The notes below the pieces were generated by a model. It was not told the origin of the DNA. It did not search any database and saw nothing but the letters and a program-made list of their open reading frames with translations. This document shows, one piece after another, positions 7,812 through 18,700 of a stretch of 64,000 nt of DNA (within the stretch, counting starts at the first letter, position 1; the number at the start of each line of letters is the position of its first letter). The DNA is from Clostridia bacterium. Lineage in GTDB: Bacteria; Bacillota; Clostridia; Christensenellales; DTU072. Made by a program: the position numbers and the translations under genes. Location of the stretch: assembly GCA_017504305.1 (NCBI GenBank), contig JAFVRJ010000009.1, forward strand, positions 13,591 through 77,590. Direction: 5' to 3'.

Positions 7812-9185
7812 ATGGCAAAAGCCCCAAACCCACGCAACCCTTTACAAAAGAGAATCAAAGAGCTTTCCGTAGATGCAACTAAAAGCACAATTATTAAGGA
7901 GCAATACTACGAAGAGTATGATTGTAAACGTGGCTTAAGAGACATCAATGGTAAGGGTGTTTTGGTCGGCTTGACCGAGATTTCCGAAATTATCGCGGCA
8001 AAGACCGATGAGAACGGCAATCGCATACCCTGTGATGGTGAACTTTATTATCGCGGTATACCCATTGAAGATATCGTAAAAGGTTTTGTTAAAGAAAAAC
8101 GTTTCGGTTTTGAAGAAACGGTATTTCTACTTTTGTTCGGTAGACTCCCCAAAGAGCAAGAGTACGTAGAGTTCCGTGGTATACTTTCCGCACTCCGCAA
8201 GCTCCCTTCGGGTTTTTTGCGTGACGTAATCATGAAAAAGCCCTCTGCGGATATGATGAACGTTTTACAACGTAGCGTACTTACTTTATATGCCTATGAC
8301 GACAATCCCGATGCTATTTCTATGGATAACGTACTCATGCAATGCTTGGATTTGATTGCAAAATTCCCGATGTTGTCGGTATACGGCTATCAAGTATTTA
8401 AGCATTATCACGAGGATAAAGGTTTAATAATCCATCAACCCGATCCCGACATGAGCACTTCTGAAAACATCCTTCATATGCTCCGTCCGGACGGCAAGTT
8501 TACCCCGCTCGAGGCTAAAATACTCGACCTATGTTTGGTGTTGCACGCAGAGCACGGTGGCGGTAATAACTCTACGTTTACAGCTCACGTCGTAAGTAGT
8601 TCCGGTACCGATACCTATTCGGCAATCGCTGCCTCTCTCGGCTCCCTCAAAGGTCCTCGCCACGGCGGTGCCAACGCAAAGGTCATCCAAATGATGGATG
8701 ATATTGCGGCAAACGCTAAATCCTACTCTGAAAAGGACATCAAGGATTATTTAAGACTTATTCTTGACGGCAAAGCTTTTGATCGTCAAGGTCTTATTTA
8801 CGGCATGGGCCACGCAATATACTCTGTATCCGACCCCCGTTCCAAGATACTCAAGAGCTTCATTAAGCCCTTGGCTATCGATAAAGGATTGGAAAAGGAA
8901 TACGAGCTTTATCGTAAGATAGAGGTATTAGCACCTCAAGTTATTGCTGAAAAACGTAAGATTTACAAAGGTGTTTCGGCAAACGTTGACTTTTATTCGG
9001 GATTTATATACAGACTCCTTGGTATTCCCACCGAGCTGTTTACCCCGATATTCGCCATCTCGCGTGTTGCGGGTTGGAGCGCCCACCGCATAGAGGAACT
9101 TGCTAACCAAGGCAAGATTATTCGTCCTGCATACGAAGCGGTGGCACCTCATGCAAAATACGTAAAATTACAAGATAGGAAATAG
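7812..9185 (+). CDS. Citrate synthase (citrate/2-methylcitrate synthase family)
   Basis: Family blocks HAEHGGGNNSTF, GMGHAIYSVSDPR, NVDFYSG, ISRVAGWSAH. Confidence 0.9.
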   Translation: MAKAPNPRNPLQKRIKELSVDATKSTIIKEQYYEEYDCKRGLRDINGKGVLVGLTEISEIIAAKTDENGNRIPCDGELYYRGIPIEDIVKGFVKEKRFGFEETVFLLLFGRLPKEQEYVEFRGILSALRKLPSGFLRDVIMKKPSADMMNVLQRSVLTLYAYDDNPDAISMDNVLMQCLDLIAKFPMLSVYGYQVFKHYHEDKGLIIHQPDPDMSTSENILHMLRPDGKFTPLEAKILDLCLVLHAEHGGGNNSTFTAHVVSSSGTDTYSAIAASLGSLKGPRHGGANAKVIQMMDDIAANAKSYSEKDIKDYLRLILDGKAFDRQGLIYGMGHAIYSVSDPRSKILKSFIKPLAIDKGLEKEYELYRKIEVLAPQVIAEKRKIYKGVSANVDFYSGFIYRLLGIPTELFTPIFAISRVAGWSAHRIEELANQGKIIRPAYEAVAPHAKYVKLQDRK

Positions 9186-9188
9186 GAC

Positions 9189-10808
9189 ATGCTAAATTTA
9201 ATACCAAAGCCTAAACATTATGAGGAAAAATTCGGTGAGTTTGTTATTAACTCCGAAAAGACCGTTTTTGCAGATGACAACTTGGTATATGCTCGTGAAG
9301 TATTTTGTAACTTTATAGAGTCTGTTTGCGGATTTAAACCGCAAGTAGTCGTTAGCAGAAAAGCAGATATTCGTTTTATATACGATAGACACGTTCACAA
9401 AGAGGGCTACGTTCTTGATGCCGACGTCGATGGATTGGTTATAAAAGCATCTCATCAAAAGGGAGCCTTTTATGCGGTACAAAGCTTGCGTCAGTTGACG
9501 AGGGGCGATCTTCTTGAAAATCCCGAGTTTTTGACCTTGCACGCAGTACATATCGATGATGAACCGCGTTATGCTTTCCGTTCGTTGATGCTTGACGAGG
9601 CAAGATACTTCCATGGAGTGGATACCGTCAAGAATATTTTAGACATGATGGCTTACCACAAGCTAAACGTGTTCCATTGGCATCTTACCGACAACGAAGG
9701 TTGGCGTATCGAAATCAAAAAGTATCCTCGCTTGACGGAAATCGGTGGGGTTCGTAAAGGAACGCAAACCATGGCTTGGGGTAATCAAGTTATCGATTGG
9801 ACGTTGCACGAAGGATATTATACCCAAAGCGAAATTAAGGAAATCGTTGCATACGCCGAGCGCCTCAACATAATGATTATTCCCGAAATTGATGCACCCG
9901 CTCACTTTGGTGCAGCTATTGCTGCGTATAAAGAGTTATCTTGTGCTGACGTAGAAATGGAAACTCCCATCGTACACGGAGGTACGCCAGAGAAGCACGG
10001 CATCGGCAACGTTATAGCTTGCGCCGGCAAAGAAAGCACTTATCAGTTTATTTATGACGTTATAGATGAAGTTACGGCGTTATTCCCGGCACCGTATTTC
10101 CATATCGGTGGCGACGAAGCGCCCAAAGCGGAGTGGCAAAAATGCCCTCATTGTCAAAAGGTTATGAAAGAAATGGGCTTGAAGAACGAAGAGGAACTTC
10201 AAGGATATTTCAACAATAAAATAGCCGTATACTTAAAGCGCAAGGGCAAACGCCTTATTGGTTGGAACGAGATTTTGACAGCAAAGAGGTTGGAAAAGGA
10301 TATTATCGCGCAATATTGGACCTTCAACCGCGATATGAACGTTGAAAATTATCTTTTGAGCGGACACGATATTATACTTTCCAAGCATCAAGCTTTCTAT
10401 TTTGATATGCCTTATGCTCAAAACAGGTTAAAAACCACCTACGAGTTTGAGCCTGAAAAGGCGCATATTACGCGTGCGCAAGAAGGTATACTTGGTATCG
10501 AGGCGACCTTATGGACGGAGTGGATTCCGCACGAAGAGCGCATTGATTATCAACTTTATCCTCGCATGGAGGCGCTTGCAGAGGTGGCTTGGACACCCAA
10601 AGATCAACGCAATTACAAAGACTTTATTGCACGTCTTAAAAAGTTTTTGCCGATACTCGATCGCAACGGCGTAGAGTATTGTCCGCTATCTCTTGCCAAC
10701 CCTAAAGGCCTTAAGAGAGCTAAAACAATAAAAGAGTTTAATAAACGCAACGCTCACGTTGAGTACAATCACGCGCTCGTAATACGCAGAAGAAAGAAAT
10801 ACCGTTAA
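9189..10808 (+). CDS. Beta-N-acetylhexosaminidase (GH20)
   Basis: LMLDEARYF, HWHLTDNEGWRIEI and catalytic FHIGGDEAP blocks. No signal peptide. Starts 3 nt after the citrate synthase stop. Confidence 0.9.
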   Translation: MLNLIPKPKHYEEKFGEFVINSEKTVFADDNLVYAREVFCNFIESVCGFKPQVVVSRKADIRFIYDRHVHKEGYVLDADVDGLVIKASHQKGAFYAVQSLRQLTRGDLLENPEFLTLHAVHIDDEPRYAFRSLMLDEARYFHGVDTVKNILDMMAYHKLNVFHWHLTDNEGWRIEIKKYPRLTEIGGVRKGTQTMAWGNQVIDWTLHEGYYTQSEIKEIVAYAERLNIMIIPEIDAPAHFGAAIAAYKELSCADVEMETPIVHGGTPEKHGIGNVIACAGKESTYQFIYDVIDEVTALFPAPYFHIGGDEAPKAEWQKCPHCQKVMKEMGLKNEEELQGYFNNKIAVYLKRKGKRLIGWNEILTAKRLEKDIIAQYWTFNRDMNVENYLLSGHDIILSKHQAFYFDMPYAQNRLKTTYEFEPEKAHITRAQEGILGIEATLWTEWIPHEERIDYQLYPRMEALAEVAWTPKDQRNYKDFIARLKKFLPILDRNGVEYCPLSLANPKGLKRAKTIKEFNKRNAHVEYNHALVIRRRKKYR

Positions 10809-11251
10809 TGGAGCTTATTTATCGCACCGATTATACAATTACCGAGGATATGTGTCATAGACACGTAGACCTCGGTTTTGCTCTAAAAGAGGATGCGAAA
10901 GCTCTAAAAATAGTATATTCCTATAGCCCCAAGGTTTACGAAGGGGAAGACGCCCTTGAAAAGGCGGTGGAAGCTTTTAAGGAAGCTTACGGCGCCCATC
11001 CTATAGACCTTGAGGAAGTAAAAGTGGAGATGCCGTTAAAAAACCACGTTACTTTGTCTTTGGAAAAAGAGGAAGACTTGGTAGGTACGGCACACCGACA
11101 TAACAACAATATTGTCGTAGAGGTAAGCGATAAAGTCGCAACAGTAGGCTTTAAACCCACTAAAATCACCAAAGGCGAATATAAAATCACTTTGTCGGTA
11201 CACGCAATCCTTTGTAAAGTCTACGCTCACGTTGAGGTGTATGCGCTATGA
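10808..11251 (+). CDS. Hypothetical 147-aa protein
   Basis: Long ORF, TAATG overlap with the GH20 stop and ATGA overlap with the next gene (translational coupling). No family recognised by eye. Confidence 0.6.
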   Translation: MELIYRTDYTITEDMCHRHVDLGFALKEDAKALKIVYSYSPKVYEGEDALEKAVEAFKEAYGAHPIDLEEVKVEMPLKNHVTLSLEKEEDLVGTAHRHNNNIVVEVSDKVATVGFKPTKITKGEYKITLSVHAILCKVYAHVEVYAL

Positions 11252-11928
11252 GTTATAACCTTAAGTTCGAACTCCATACCCATACTATTCATAGCGATGG
11301 TTCGTTTACCCCAAAAGAGCTTGTAGAGTGCGCCATAAAATACGGTTACAACGGCATAGCAATAACCGATCATAATACCGATTCCGGCGCCGATGAGTGC
11401 GTTAAATGGGGTAATGAACTCGGTTTAACCGTCATAAAGGGCATTGAGTGGACCACCTTTTGGGGACATATAGTAGTGCTTGGTGGTAAGTCTTCGATAG
11501 ACTGGCGTAGCGTTACCCCTCAAAACGTCATAGAAAAAGTTAAAGAGGCAAAGCGTGCCGGCGATATAGTAGGTATCGCTCACCCATATAGAGTGGGATA
11601 TCCTGTGTGTACAGGTGGTCGTAACCAGTTTCCGCAGGAACTTTTCGAGTACCTCGACTTCTATGAAGTCGTTTCGAGCGAATTGGAAGACCCGACTAAC
11701 TTAAGGTCAGCTCAAGAGTATTACGAGCTAAAGCAAAACGGATACAACCTAACGGGAACGTACGGCCGAGATTGGCATCGTGATAACGATAGGGCAGGAG
11801 CGACCTATCTTGCGACCTATCTGTATTCCGAAAATCCTACGATCACGGCGGAGGAAGCCCTCGAGGCAATCAAACAAGGCAAAGTCTACGTTGGCGATAG
11901 GTCAACTGGAGAATTTATATTGAGGTAA
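11248..11928 (+). CDS. PHP-domain metallohydrolase (CehA/McbA-like)
   Basis: HTHTIHSDGS, IAITDHN and GIAHPYR histidine blocks typical of the PHP fold. Confidence 0.75.
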   Translation: MSYNLKFELHTHTIHSDGSFTPKELVECAIKYGYNGIAITDHNTDSGADECVKWGNELGLTVIKGIEWTTFWGHIVVLGGKSSIDWRSVTPQNVIEKVKEAKRAGDIVGIAHPYRVGYPVCTGGRNQFPQELFEYLDFYEVVSSELEDPTNLRSAQEYYELKQNGYNLTGTYGRDWHRDNDRAGATYLATYLYSENPTITAEEALEAIKQGKVYVGDRSTGEFILR

Positions 11929-11932
11929 AAAT

Positions 11933-12568
11933 ATGATTACAGCACATGGTGGAGCATTGAAGACGGGTAGAAATACCAAGCGCTATTTTAAAGTAATAGC
12001 TAATTACGATATGGAAGCAGTCGAAGTTGATATCCGCAGAAAAAATGGCATTTTGTACCTCGGACATACTCACGTACCTTTCTTAAAGCACAATAGAGTG
12101 CCCCTTTCTTATGCGTTTGAATTCTGCGAAAAGCACAATAAGCGTATTAATTGCGACGTTAAAGAAGAGGGTATGGTAAAAGACGTACAACAACTTGCAA
12201 AGGATATGGGCGTTGAACACTTGGTATACTTTACCGGCTCCGTTACTCCTGAAGAAATCAAAGATTTAGGTGACTGCGAGGTATACGTTAATACCAGCTT
12301 CTATAATGATAAGTTTAGCCTTACCATAGGCAACCTCCCCAAAATCAAGGAGTATCTCGATAGCTTTAACGCAAAGGGTTTAAAGGGTATCAACATCAAC
12401 TACCTTTTGACCAACGAGGCGTTATGGAATAAGGCTTTCGAGCTTGGTTTAGGAGTATCGATTTTTACCGTTGATATCGAAAAATCGCTTAAGAAGATTA
12501 TTAAAATGCCTTTTGATAACGTTACGACTAATAGGGTCGATATTGCGTTAAAGGAGCGCAACGCATAA
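11933..12568 (+). CDS. Glycerophosphodiester phosphodiesterase (GDPD)-like protein
   Basis: ITAHGGALKTGRNT (cf. HRG..ENT) and EVDIRRKNGILYLGHTH (E.D...DG....H) pattern. Assignment by motif only. Confidence 0.55.
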   Translation: MITAHGGALKTGRNTKRYFKVIANYDMEAVEVDIRRKNGILYLGHTHVPFLKHNRVPLSYAFEFCEKHNKRINCDVKEEGMVKDVQQLAKDMGVEHLVYFTGSVTPEEIKDLGDCEVYVNTSFYNDKFSLTIGNLPKIKEYLDSFNAKGLKGININYLLTNEALWNKAFELGLGVSIFTVDIEKSLKKIIKMPFDNVTTNRVDIALKERNA

Positions 12569-12570
12569 TT

Positions 12571-13698
12571 ATGATAGATTTTGCAGTAGTAGGTATTGGT
12601 AGGATGGGCTCGATACACTCGAGCAACCTCGCAAACGGTTTGGTAGAAGGCGCGCGCCTTGTAGCCGTTTGCGATACAGACATGGCAAAGCTTCAAGAAT
12701 TTAAAGTTAAGTATCCTGAAGTGCTGACTTTCGATAACCATATTACCATGCTTAAGGAGTGTAAGCTTGATGCGGTTTTGGTGGCGACACCACACTATTC
12801 TCACGTACAAATAGTTACGGATACTCTTAATAGCGGGGTAAACGTTCTTTCGGAAAAACCTCAAAGCGTAACTATAGGAGAGGCCGGTAAAGCTAATATC
12901 GTAGCTCAATCGCATCCTGATTTACTATACGGCATTATATATAACCAGCGTACCAATCCCGTTTACGTTAGGGCAAAGGAAATTATTACTTCCGGCGCAC
13001 TTGGCGGAATTCGTAGAGTTACTATGATTATTACCGATTGGTATCGTTCGCAGTTTTATTACGACCAAGGCGATTGGCGTGCAAGCTGGTCGGGTGAAGG
13101 CGGAGGACTGCTTATTAATCAATGCGTTCACCAACTTGATATTTTGCAATGGTTAACGGGTATGCCGAAGACCATTAACGCCGTTTGTAAAACCGTCAAT
13201 CGCAATATTACGGTTGAGAACGACGTTACCGCAGTTTTCGAGTATGAAAACGGCGCGAGTGGTACTTTTGTTGCAAGCGGGCATGAGCTTTACGGCACCA
13301 ATCGCTTGGAGATTGCCGGTGATAACGGAAAAATCGTAATCGATAATATGGAGTTAACGTTTATCAAATACGATGAGAGCGAGTTTGAAGTCAACTCAAA
13401 GGTGACTGAAGGCTATGGTGAAACGGGAGCAAGCATCGAACGCTTAAAGTACGAGGGCGACTGGCGTGAGCGCGACGAAAAGTATGGTCAACAATTGAGG
13501 GTTGTCGAAGCGTTTACCGAGGTACTGCTTGGCAAGCGCACCGCACCCATAGCTTATGGTAAAGAGGGAATAAACGCTTTATCGATTATAAACGGAATAT
13601 ATCTATCGGCTTATGCCGGCAAAAAGGTAAGTTTACCTCTTGATGCCAAAGAGTACGATAGTTTACTTGATAATCTCGTTAAAGGAGAATCAAAATGA
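12571..13698 (+). CDS. Gfo/Idh/MocA-family NAD(P)-dependent oxidoreductase
   Basis: Rossmann N-terminus IDFAVVGIGRMG, VLSEKP motif, C-terminal alpha/beta dimerisation-type region. Confidence 0.85.
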   Translation: MIDFAVVGIGRMGSIHSSNLANGLVEGARLVAVCDTDMAKLQEFKVKYPEVLTFDNHITMLKECKLDAVLVATPHYSHVQIVTDTLNSGVNVLSEKPQSVTIGEAGKANIVAQSHPDLLYGIIYNQRTNPVYVRAKEIITSGALGGIRRVTMIITDWYRSQFYYDQGDWRASWSGEGGGLLINQCVHQLDILQWLTGMPKTINAVCKTVNRNITVENDVTAVFEYENGASGTFVASGHELYGTNRLEIAGDNGKIVIDNMELTFIKYDESEFEVNSKVTEGYGETGASIERLKYEGDWRERDEKYGQQLRVVEAFTEVLLGKRTAPIAYGKEGINALSIINGIYLSAYAGKKVSLPLDAKEYDSLLDNLVKGESK

Positions 13699-15611
13699 GT
13701 GTAACTTTTAGTGACGGCGCAATCGTCAAAGAGGATCTTTTTTATAATAGAACCTACTACGATATTTCCAACAATCTCTTGACCGCGCAGTTCGATGGGT
13801 TAGGGGGATTAAGTAAGTATTCGGTTATCAACAAGTGGAACTATTTAGAGTACTTTTTTAATCAAATGTCCTTTAACGGTAAGGTTTTTGATTTGCATAC
13901 CCCTAAAAAAGTTACCATGGTAGGGCGCCGTATGATTATCGAAACTGAGACGGAGGATGCCTACCTTAAAATTACGCAATTTGCAGGCGATAAGGTAAAC
14001 GCCATTTTCGAGGAGTTTGAAGTAACGGCAAAAGAGGACGTTACTTTTGAAAACGTCATAAATATTGAACTTGACTACTCCTCGTATATACGCAATCTTT
14101 TTAAGGATCGTCGTAGTTTTAAAAACTTTGCGCGCCTTGCAACCGGATTTGTGGCAACGGCAATCAAAGGCCATAAGCACAATGCTGACGAAGGTGATTT
14201 TATAACCATACGCAGTAGAACGATAGAGGACTTTTGCTTTGATTTTGCTGTAAGCAAACCCGCCCGTCCTCTTGAAGCCAACCGTTTTTGCACCAATCAA
14301 TTGGTTGCGGAACTATCATTGAAAAAAGGCGAAACGGGACGTGTTAAAATCGTAATCAGCGGTGGCACGTTGAAAGATATTAGCTACGCGGACGTCAAAG
14401 ACTGCTATCTGAAATTCGATTATTATAAGCAAGAGGCGACTGAATATATCGCTAATTTAGCTTGCCCCGATTCATGTAACACGGAGTTTTTAAAAGCATA
14501 CTATAAGAGCTTGTACAACTGCTCGTTGAGCATGTATAAAGAAATGGGTAAGTTTAAAGGCTTTTTGGCCGGAATAGTATATCAATCTCCGGCAAGAACC
14601 TATTATCGCGACGGTTATTGGACCATATTAAGCATATTGCCCAAACGTCCGGATCTCGTTCGTAACGAGATTATTACCCTTGCAACCGGAATAAATAAGG
14701 ACGGGGACTGCCCATCTGCCGTCAAATATAATTTTACCAACTGGTGGGGTAACCACTATGATAGCCCATCTTTCTTTGCAATAATGTTATACGATTACGT
14801 ACGTACCACGGGTGACCATAGCATTTTGAGCGAGAAATGGCGTGGTAAGACTATACTCGATGCGGCAGTCAAAGTAGTAGAGAAATTGGCAAGGGAGGAG
14901 GACAGCACCGGATTGCTCTATAAGGGCGGTGAGTACAATAGGCGCGACTGGTGCGATAACGTATTCCGCCAAGGATATTGTACTTACGATGAAGTGCTAT
15001 ACGCTCGTGCGTTATACTCACTTGCCGAGCTTTATAAGGGTGTGGACGATAGTAAATCATCAAGCTACAACGCACGTTGGTTAAAAGTTAAGGATGCCAT
15101 TAATAAAATACTTTGGGAACCTAAACTCGGTTATTACGTAAACTATAAAGATAAAAACTTCACCGAAGACAACCTTTCTATTGATACGGTTATAGCTGCA
15201 TTGTTCGGCATAGCATCGGATGAGCAAGCAGTATCAATGCTAACTAAAATGCAGGAGCTTTTAGAGTCGCGCAACAACCGCGAGCAAAAGGCAGGGGACT
15301 TTGGCGTACTTTCCGTTTATCCCTTCTATAAAGACAACAAATCGGTGGTTTTAAAATCCAGTTGGCCTTTCTATTATCATAACGGCGGAGATTGGCCTTA
15401 TTGGTCGGCAGTTTATGCCTATGCTAAATTGAAGTACGGCATGGAGTACGAGTATCCCCTCACGAGGTGGTTTGAATACAACCTACAAAAGGGTAATTAT
15501 ACTCCCGTCGAGTTTTACGCACCGCTTCATAAAGACGGCTCCTTGTTGCAAGCTTGGAGTAGCGTAGGGGCGTTCGTTTTGTCTTACCCCGACGGTAAAT
15601 TCTTCGATTAA
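13695..15611 (+). CDS. (alpha/alpha)6-barrel glycoside hydrolase, GDE_C (amylo-alpha-1,6-glucosidase)-like
   Basis: YRDGYWTILS, RRDWCDNV..GYCTYDEVLYARAL and YHNGGDWPYWSA resemble the GDE_C barrel signature. ATGA overlap with the upstream gene. Confidence 0.65.
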   Translation: MSVTFSDGAIVKEDLFYNRTYYDISNNLLTAQFDGLGGLSKYSVINKWNYLEYFFNQMSFNGKVFDLHTPKKVTMVGRRMIIETETEDAYLKITQFAGDKVNAIFEEFEVTAKEDVTFENVINIELDYSSYIRNLFKDRRSFKNFARLATGFVATAIKGHKHNADEGDFITIRSRTIEDFCFDFAVSKPARPLEANRFCTNQLVAELSLKKGETGRVKIVISGGTLKDISYADVKDCYLKFDYYKQEATEYIANLACPDSCNTEFLKAYYKSLYNCSLSMYKEMGKFKGFLAGIVYQSPARTYYRDGYWTILSILPKRPDLVRNEIITLATGINKDGDCPSAVKYNFTNWWGNHYDSPSFFAIMLYDYVRTTGDHSILSEKWRGKTILDAAVKVVEKLAREEDSTGLLYKGGEYNRRDWCDNVFRQGYCTYDEVLYARALYSLAELYKGVDDSKSSSYNARWLKVKDAINKILWEPKLGYYVNYKDKNFTEDNLSIDTVIAALFGIASDEQAVSMLTKMQELLESRNNREQKAGDFGVLSVYPFYKDNKSVVLKSSWPFYYHNGGDWPYWSAVYAYAKLKYGMEYEYPLTRWFEYNLQKGNYTPVEFYAPLHKDGSLLQAWSSVGAFVLSYPDGKFFD

Positions 15612-15616
15612 TCTTC

Positions 15617-15642
15617 AAGTCGCTCCGAGGAGCGACTTTTTT
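15617..15642 (+). terminator. Rho-independent terminator
   Basis: AAGTCGCTCC / GA / GGAGCGACTT hairpin followed by a T-run. Confidence 0.8.
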
Positions 15643-15720
15643 ATTAATTGCAATTGCGCTCGCACAAGCGCGCTCATTGGTCCGCGCGCGTTAAATAATA
15701 GTAAAAAGACCGCATATCGA

Positions 15721-15749
15721 TTGCCTTATTATTATATTTATTATATAAT
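15721..15749 (+). promoter_or_regulatory. Promoter candidate of the 1,231-aa lipoprotein gene/operon
   Basis: TTGCCT (15721-15726), 17-nt spacer, TATAAT (15744-15749). GCGCGC (15668-15673) and CGCGCGCG (15683-15690) lie upstream. Confidence 0.55.
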
Positions 15750-15779
15750 ATACGCAGTTTAATGCCAAGGAGTCAGACT

Positions 15780-18700
15780 ATGCGTCTAATTCGTCGTTAC
15801 GGTTTAATGTGTATTTTAGTTGCTTTACTGCTTGTTAGCTTGATTTTCGTCACTGCTTGCGGTTCAAATGATGATGTTGATGGGGACGAGGTCGTTAAGG
15901 TTCGCATCAATAACTTTTCTGCAACTCAAGTTTACGAGAGCGACGAGCTCAATTTACACGATTGTTCTCTTTTAGCAACTCTTGCGGACGGCTCGGTAGT
16001 TACCGTACCTATCACCGCCGACATGATTTCCGGCTTTAACAATAAACAACTTGGCGAACAAAACGTAAAAATCACCTATGCAGGCTTTACGCTTGAAGTA
16101 AAAATCAACGTAAGTTCCGTTCAAATTCAACGCATTTCTTTTGCAAATATCCCCGAAACCGTTTCCGTAATACAAGGCGGTAAAATAGATTTATCCGAAT
16201 TCGCAATCAACGTTCATTATCAAACCAGAGCCGTCGTGCTCGATAAGATTACCGAAGCAATGCTTGGCGGTTACGACACCTCTTTGCCGGTAGGCGAGCA
16301 TACTGCTTATATAAAATACGCGGGCTTTAGTATTCCCTTCCAAGTACACGTTCTTCCCAAGACCGTTATCAAAATTAGTGTTAAAACGTTGCCCATCGAT
16401 AGACAATATTTCGTAGGCGACAACGTTCAACTTGATCCTTCAGGCTTGGTCGTTCATCGTATGTACGATAACGGTAGTGAAGACGATATCGCTTATGACG
16501 ATCATCCTGAAGAATTTAGCTTCAATTACGATTTTTCTTACGAGCGCGCACACGCAGCGGTAACAGTAACCGTTGGTGGTAAGAGTACTACTTTCGATTG
16601 TACCGTTTCCAAGCCCCAATGCATTTCGATGAGCATCGACGTTTTGCCGTGGTCCAACGGTGTTTCGGTTGAAGGCGAAATATATAGCTCTGCTATCACA
16701 AATATGGTCGAAGGCGACTCGATAAATTGGAGTAGAGGTAGCGCAACGCTACACTACAACGACGGCACCACCGAACGTATTTCATTGGATAGCGATAAGA
16801 TTTATCCCTATTATAACAAGCAAGGTACCGGCAACGATTATTTGAGTAACCACCACGTATTTAACGAGGTAGGCCAACATATTTTATATTTGCGTTACGG
16901 TAGCTACGATTTCTTTACTCCTCTACATATCGGCGTTCGTGCTAAAGAAGCATATTCAATGAGAGTAGCGGACAGCCGTCCCGAGGACCAACAAATTACC
17001 GCTCCTTCCCGCTATTTCGTAGACGGTCAAACTCTTCCCGTAAGCTTCTTGAAGTACAACGTTTTGTACGATAACGGTAGCTACGCCTTCCCCAAAGACG
17101 AAGTATCTCAATGGGGTGATATTGATGAAGGTATGCTTGCCGACGACGGTATTTCCACCCTCCGTTTAACTGCTAACGAAAGCGGTAAGCAAACTATTAA
17201 CTTTACCGTTGAAGGCGTAACCGCAGGATTTACCCTCAAGGTTGTACCTCGTCTTGCAACTAAAATTCGCGTAGGGTTACCGCACAGGGACGTATACGTT
17301 GCCGGCTCACAACTTGATTTGGCAGGCTCTTATTTGTATAGAGAGTATAACGATAACACCTTCGATACCGTTTCTCCCATACCGCAAAGCTACGTTTCGG
17401 CTCCGTCTTTCTCTACGGAAGATAATTACACCGTAACGGTAACCGTCCCCGCTTACAATACCGAAACCAATCAACAAACCACTATCGTTGAGCAATTCAC
17501 CGTTAAAGTAGTCGTACCGTCAAATTACGTTACTGCGGTTTCTATCGAAAACTATAACTTCAACGAGACTTATGAGTTCCCGCTATACGAATCTATACCG
17601 TTTGCATCCATGAGCATGAACGTCGTTTACAATAACGGCGCAAGGACGGAATCGGTTGCTTTGACCGAAGCTACCATCCTCGAAGCAAACGAGTATGCTT
17701 TAGGTTTACAAGAGATCCTATTCCGTTACGAAGGTTACGTATTCAGTCTACGCGTTAACATCGAAGGAAGAAGGGTTTCCTCTATCGAAGTTTCGTCTGC
17801 TCCGCAAAAACTTGTTTACTTTGTCGGTGAAGATACCGAGCTCGATATCACCGGACTCCTCGTTACCAAAGTATTTAACGATGGCGATAGGGGCGAGCAA
17901 AGTATGTTCGACGAGTTCTGGAGCTTCAGCGGTTACGACCTCACTAAAGAGGGCGCACAAAACGTTAAAGTAACCTATGACCTTGGCGATCGTAAGTTTA
18001 CCACTTCCTATCAAATCGAAGTCGTTACCGGTAGCATCAAGTCGATTGCTATCGATTATGAAAAGCATGCACAAGCTTTCAAAGAGTACGAAGGCGATTT
18101 GGTATTAGAGGTTTCTTACCGCGATAACCTCAACCTCACTTACGTATACAACGGCGTTAACGACGGTATTCCATACAGCGAAATCAGAGTTATTACCTTC
18201 AACGTAGAGTACGTTACTGCTAATAACAACACTTACGTTGTAGAAAGAGAACTCAAGGCAAGCTATATAAGCTATAACAAGGACGTCCTTTACGGCACCC
18301 CCGATGCGCCCATAACCGATTATAAAGAGAACGTTTCTATTAATTACGGCGGTATTTCCACCGGACTATTTATTCACGTAATCGGTCGTTCACTCCAAAG
18401 CATCGAAATTTTCTCGAGACCGTATACTCTTGCGTATGCCGAAAAGCAATCCCTTGACTTTGAAGGCGGATACATCAAGCGTAATTACAGTGATGGTCAA
18501 TACGATTTATTACCCATGACCAACGGCTATATCAGCGTAAGCGGTTACGATGCAAATTACTTTAGTAAAGTTCAAGGCGGTACCAGCTACGAGCAAACCG
18601 TAACCCTCACTTACGGCGGTAAGAGCACGTCGTTTAACGTTACCACTTATCGTAAGCTCAACGCCGCTCCCACCTTGGGTAATAGCTACTTCCGTTACGG

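Noticed and set aside
12400-12915. 171-aa minus-strand ORF across the GDPD/oxidoreductase junction
   Set aside because: It is antisense to two well-supported, motif-bearing genes, and has no SD and no recognisable motifs.
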